Below, piece by piece: positions 33,897-35,477 of a stretch of 35,477 nucleotides of DNA. The notes under the pieces are model-generated. The model worked only from the letters and a program-made list of their open reading frames with translations. It had not been told where the DNA came from and ran no database searches. Origin of the DNA: Nemertoderma westbladi (Eukaryota > Animalia > Xenacoelomorpha); NCBI GenBank assembly GCA_032718475.1, contig JAUCBJ010005201.1:1-35477 (forward strand), in the 5' to 3' direction. The position numbers and the translations under genes were made by a program. Position 1 is the first letter of the stretch; every line of letters starts with the position of its first letter.

Positions 33897-34602
33897 TACC
33901 GGTATTTTATGAAAAATGATATCTATTAAAATCGTCAGTATGCTATCTGGATCTACTCGTTAAGTAAATGGAGTAGTGCCCCCCAAAGCGTCCGCCTTGG
34001 AGGTAATTCCAATTAAAGTTTTTTTTTAACCAATAATTAATTAACCCCCGTTAGATATGAAGCCAGCGGAAGTAGGCCTACTGTAATTATCTTACATCCA
34101 CTGTACTGTAAATCCATTTGTGAATAATTTTGAGTTAATTGTAATAATTGAGGTTCTTCATTTCCGCCCGTGTCACAAATTATTTAAATCTACGGATGCA
34201 GTTCCAACTCACACCTCTGTAATACACCTATTCTCGAGAATGGCTAGGGAATAGCTCCTATATAAAATATCTCCGGAGCTCCTGACAGGCATCTCAAAAC
34301 TTCCGCTCGAATTTAATCAATTTTATCTCCCGGTGCGGAATCAATATTTCCAGTAAACAGTATCGGGGCGAGAACGCGCATCAGTAAGTTATATGACGCC
34401 CGACACATTTGTTTCAATAGTCCTTAGTGACGTTAGGTAGCTGGTTAGCAATATTTGTCAATAATCATGCAAGATCCTGGCGCATATAAATTTTCTGATT
34501 GACATGGGATCGATTGGTGCAACATTCCCGAACGGAACACTAAATGTTATCCTAGGCGGCCAGCCGCTCATGAATAATATTGAACACATTGTTACTACTA
34601 TC

Positions 34603-34842
34603 GAAACGGGGGAGGTGGGGGGGGGGGGGGGGGGGGGGGGGGTGGTGACGCATATCCCATCTCGGAAAATTAACAATGTTAAATATCAATTAGGGAAAGG
34701 AACAGGCATGTCATTCTAACCAATTTTATTTTTGCTGCTAATCAGCTGTTATTTGCGCCGATTTTGCCCTGGAGGGAGAGATTTCCATTTTGACCGCGTC
34801 GAATGTCCAACAACCACCCCCCCCCCCCCCCCCTCCCATCTG
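34603..34842 (+). mobile_element. G-tract/C-tract MITE family, copy 3 (internally deleted)
   Basis: polyG-GACGCA...CAATGTTAAAT..CAATTAGGGAAAGG...AATCAGCTGTT..TTGCG..GA.TTT.CCCTGGAG...GCGTC-polyC-ATCTG. Flanks CTACTATC and ATACTATC give a 7/8 TSD match. Confidence 0.8.
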
Positions 34843-35477
34843 ATACTATCATACACTATGATAAAGATACCATGTTAAAAAAAACATTTTCTAAAAAATA
34901 ACTGCTTTATTATGCAAACATTACTGCAGGTAGCATTTTCAATTCCCTCAGAAATCAAGATATTTTGGTAAACCTAGTGTTCAACCGCAATCTCGGTCAA
35001 TAATGGAATCTGACGAGGATTTCTATAATCCCGACAGATAAATAGGGAATTTATATTCTGATATTTTTTGAATATTGAGGACCCTTAGCAGGTCTACAAA
35101 AATTATATTAAATATATTGCATTGGTACTGTATGTAAGTTAACTTACGTCGCCTCTGTAAACTTAGTAAAAAAAAAATGAAAAAAAATTTTGCTTTCTTT
35201 TTTTACTATTTTTTCTTATTGATCTGTCTTTTCTTTTGTAACAAACGCTTATAAATAAAATAATATTATCTGTAATATCTGAATTTCTTTGAGAAATAGT
35301 TGAGATGTTGGCGTTCTAAAGTTGCATGTTTCTGCTTCTGCCCGAAGCTGGTTTAATTTGTATTCTATTTAACAATTACACTACAACATTAACATTCTAA
35401 AAATTACACATAGTCTATACGTAATAATATATAGGTAAAAGGGGGCATTGGATTTATTCACATAATATTATAATGAG

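Noticed and set aside
35003-35041. Acidic micro-ORF MESDEDFYNPDR resembling a transposase start
   Set aside because: Too short, with no supporting termini or downstream frame.

Overview
AT-rich, transposon-littered metazoan genomic DNA; the lineage cannot be assigned from the sequence. It carries three conserved genes whose coding regions are each a single uninterrupted ORF: CFAP54 (about 3222 aa, - strand, RFX X-boxes upstream), an Emi1/Emi2/Rca1-type F-box/ZBR APC/C inhibitor (264 aa, - strand) and WDR92/DNAAF10 (360 aa, + strand). Intergenic DNA holds a 4.2-kb array of a palindromic 37-bp unit, 105-bp and 36-bp tandem arrays, several MITE families (8-bp-TSD hAT-like, TA-TSD pogo/Tc1-like, fold-back), tRNA-derived SINE-like elements and a 5'-truncated RTE LINE with a 12-bp TSD. 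Most notable: (i) intron-free coding regions, including a 9.7-kb ORF, in a genome that is not compact; (ii) many TA-x-TA motifs (TACAGTA/TACTGTA, TAGGCCTA, TACCGTA) that look like transposon excision footprints, with one seen as a 5-bp insertion in a tandem repeat; (iii) one internal core shared by MITEs with different ends; (iv) a motif/unique-spacer mini-array with an exact 22-bp period. All counts were made by eye and need computational confirmation.
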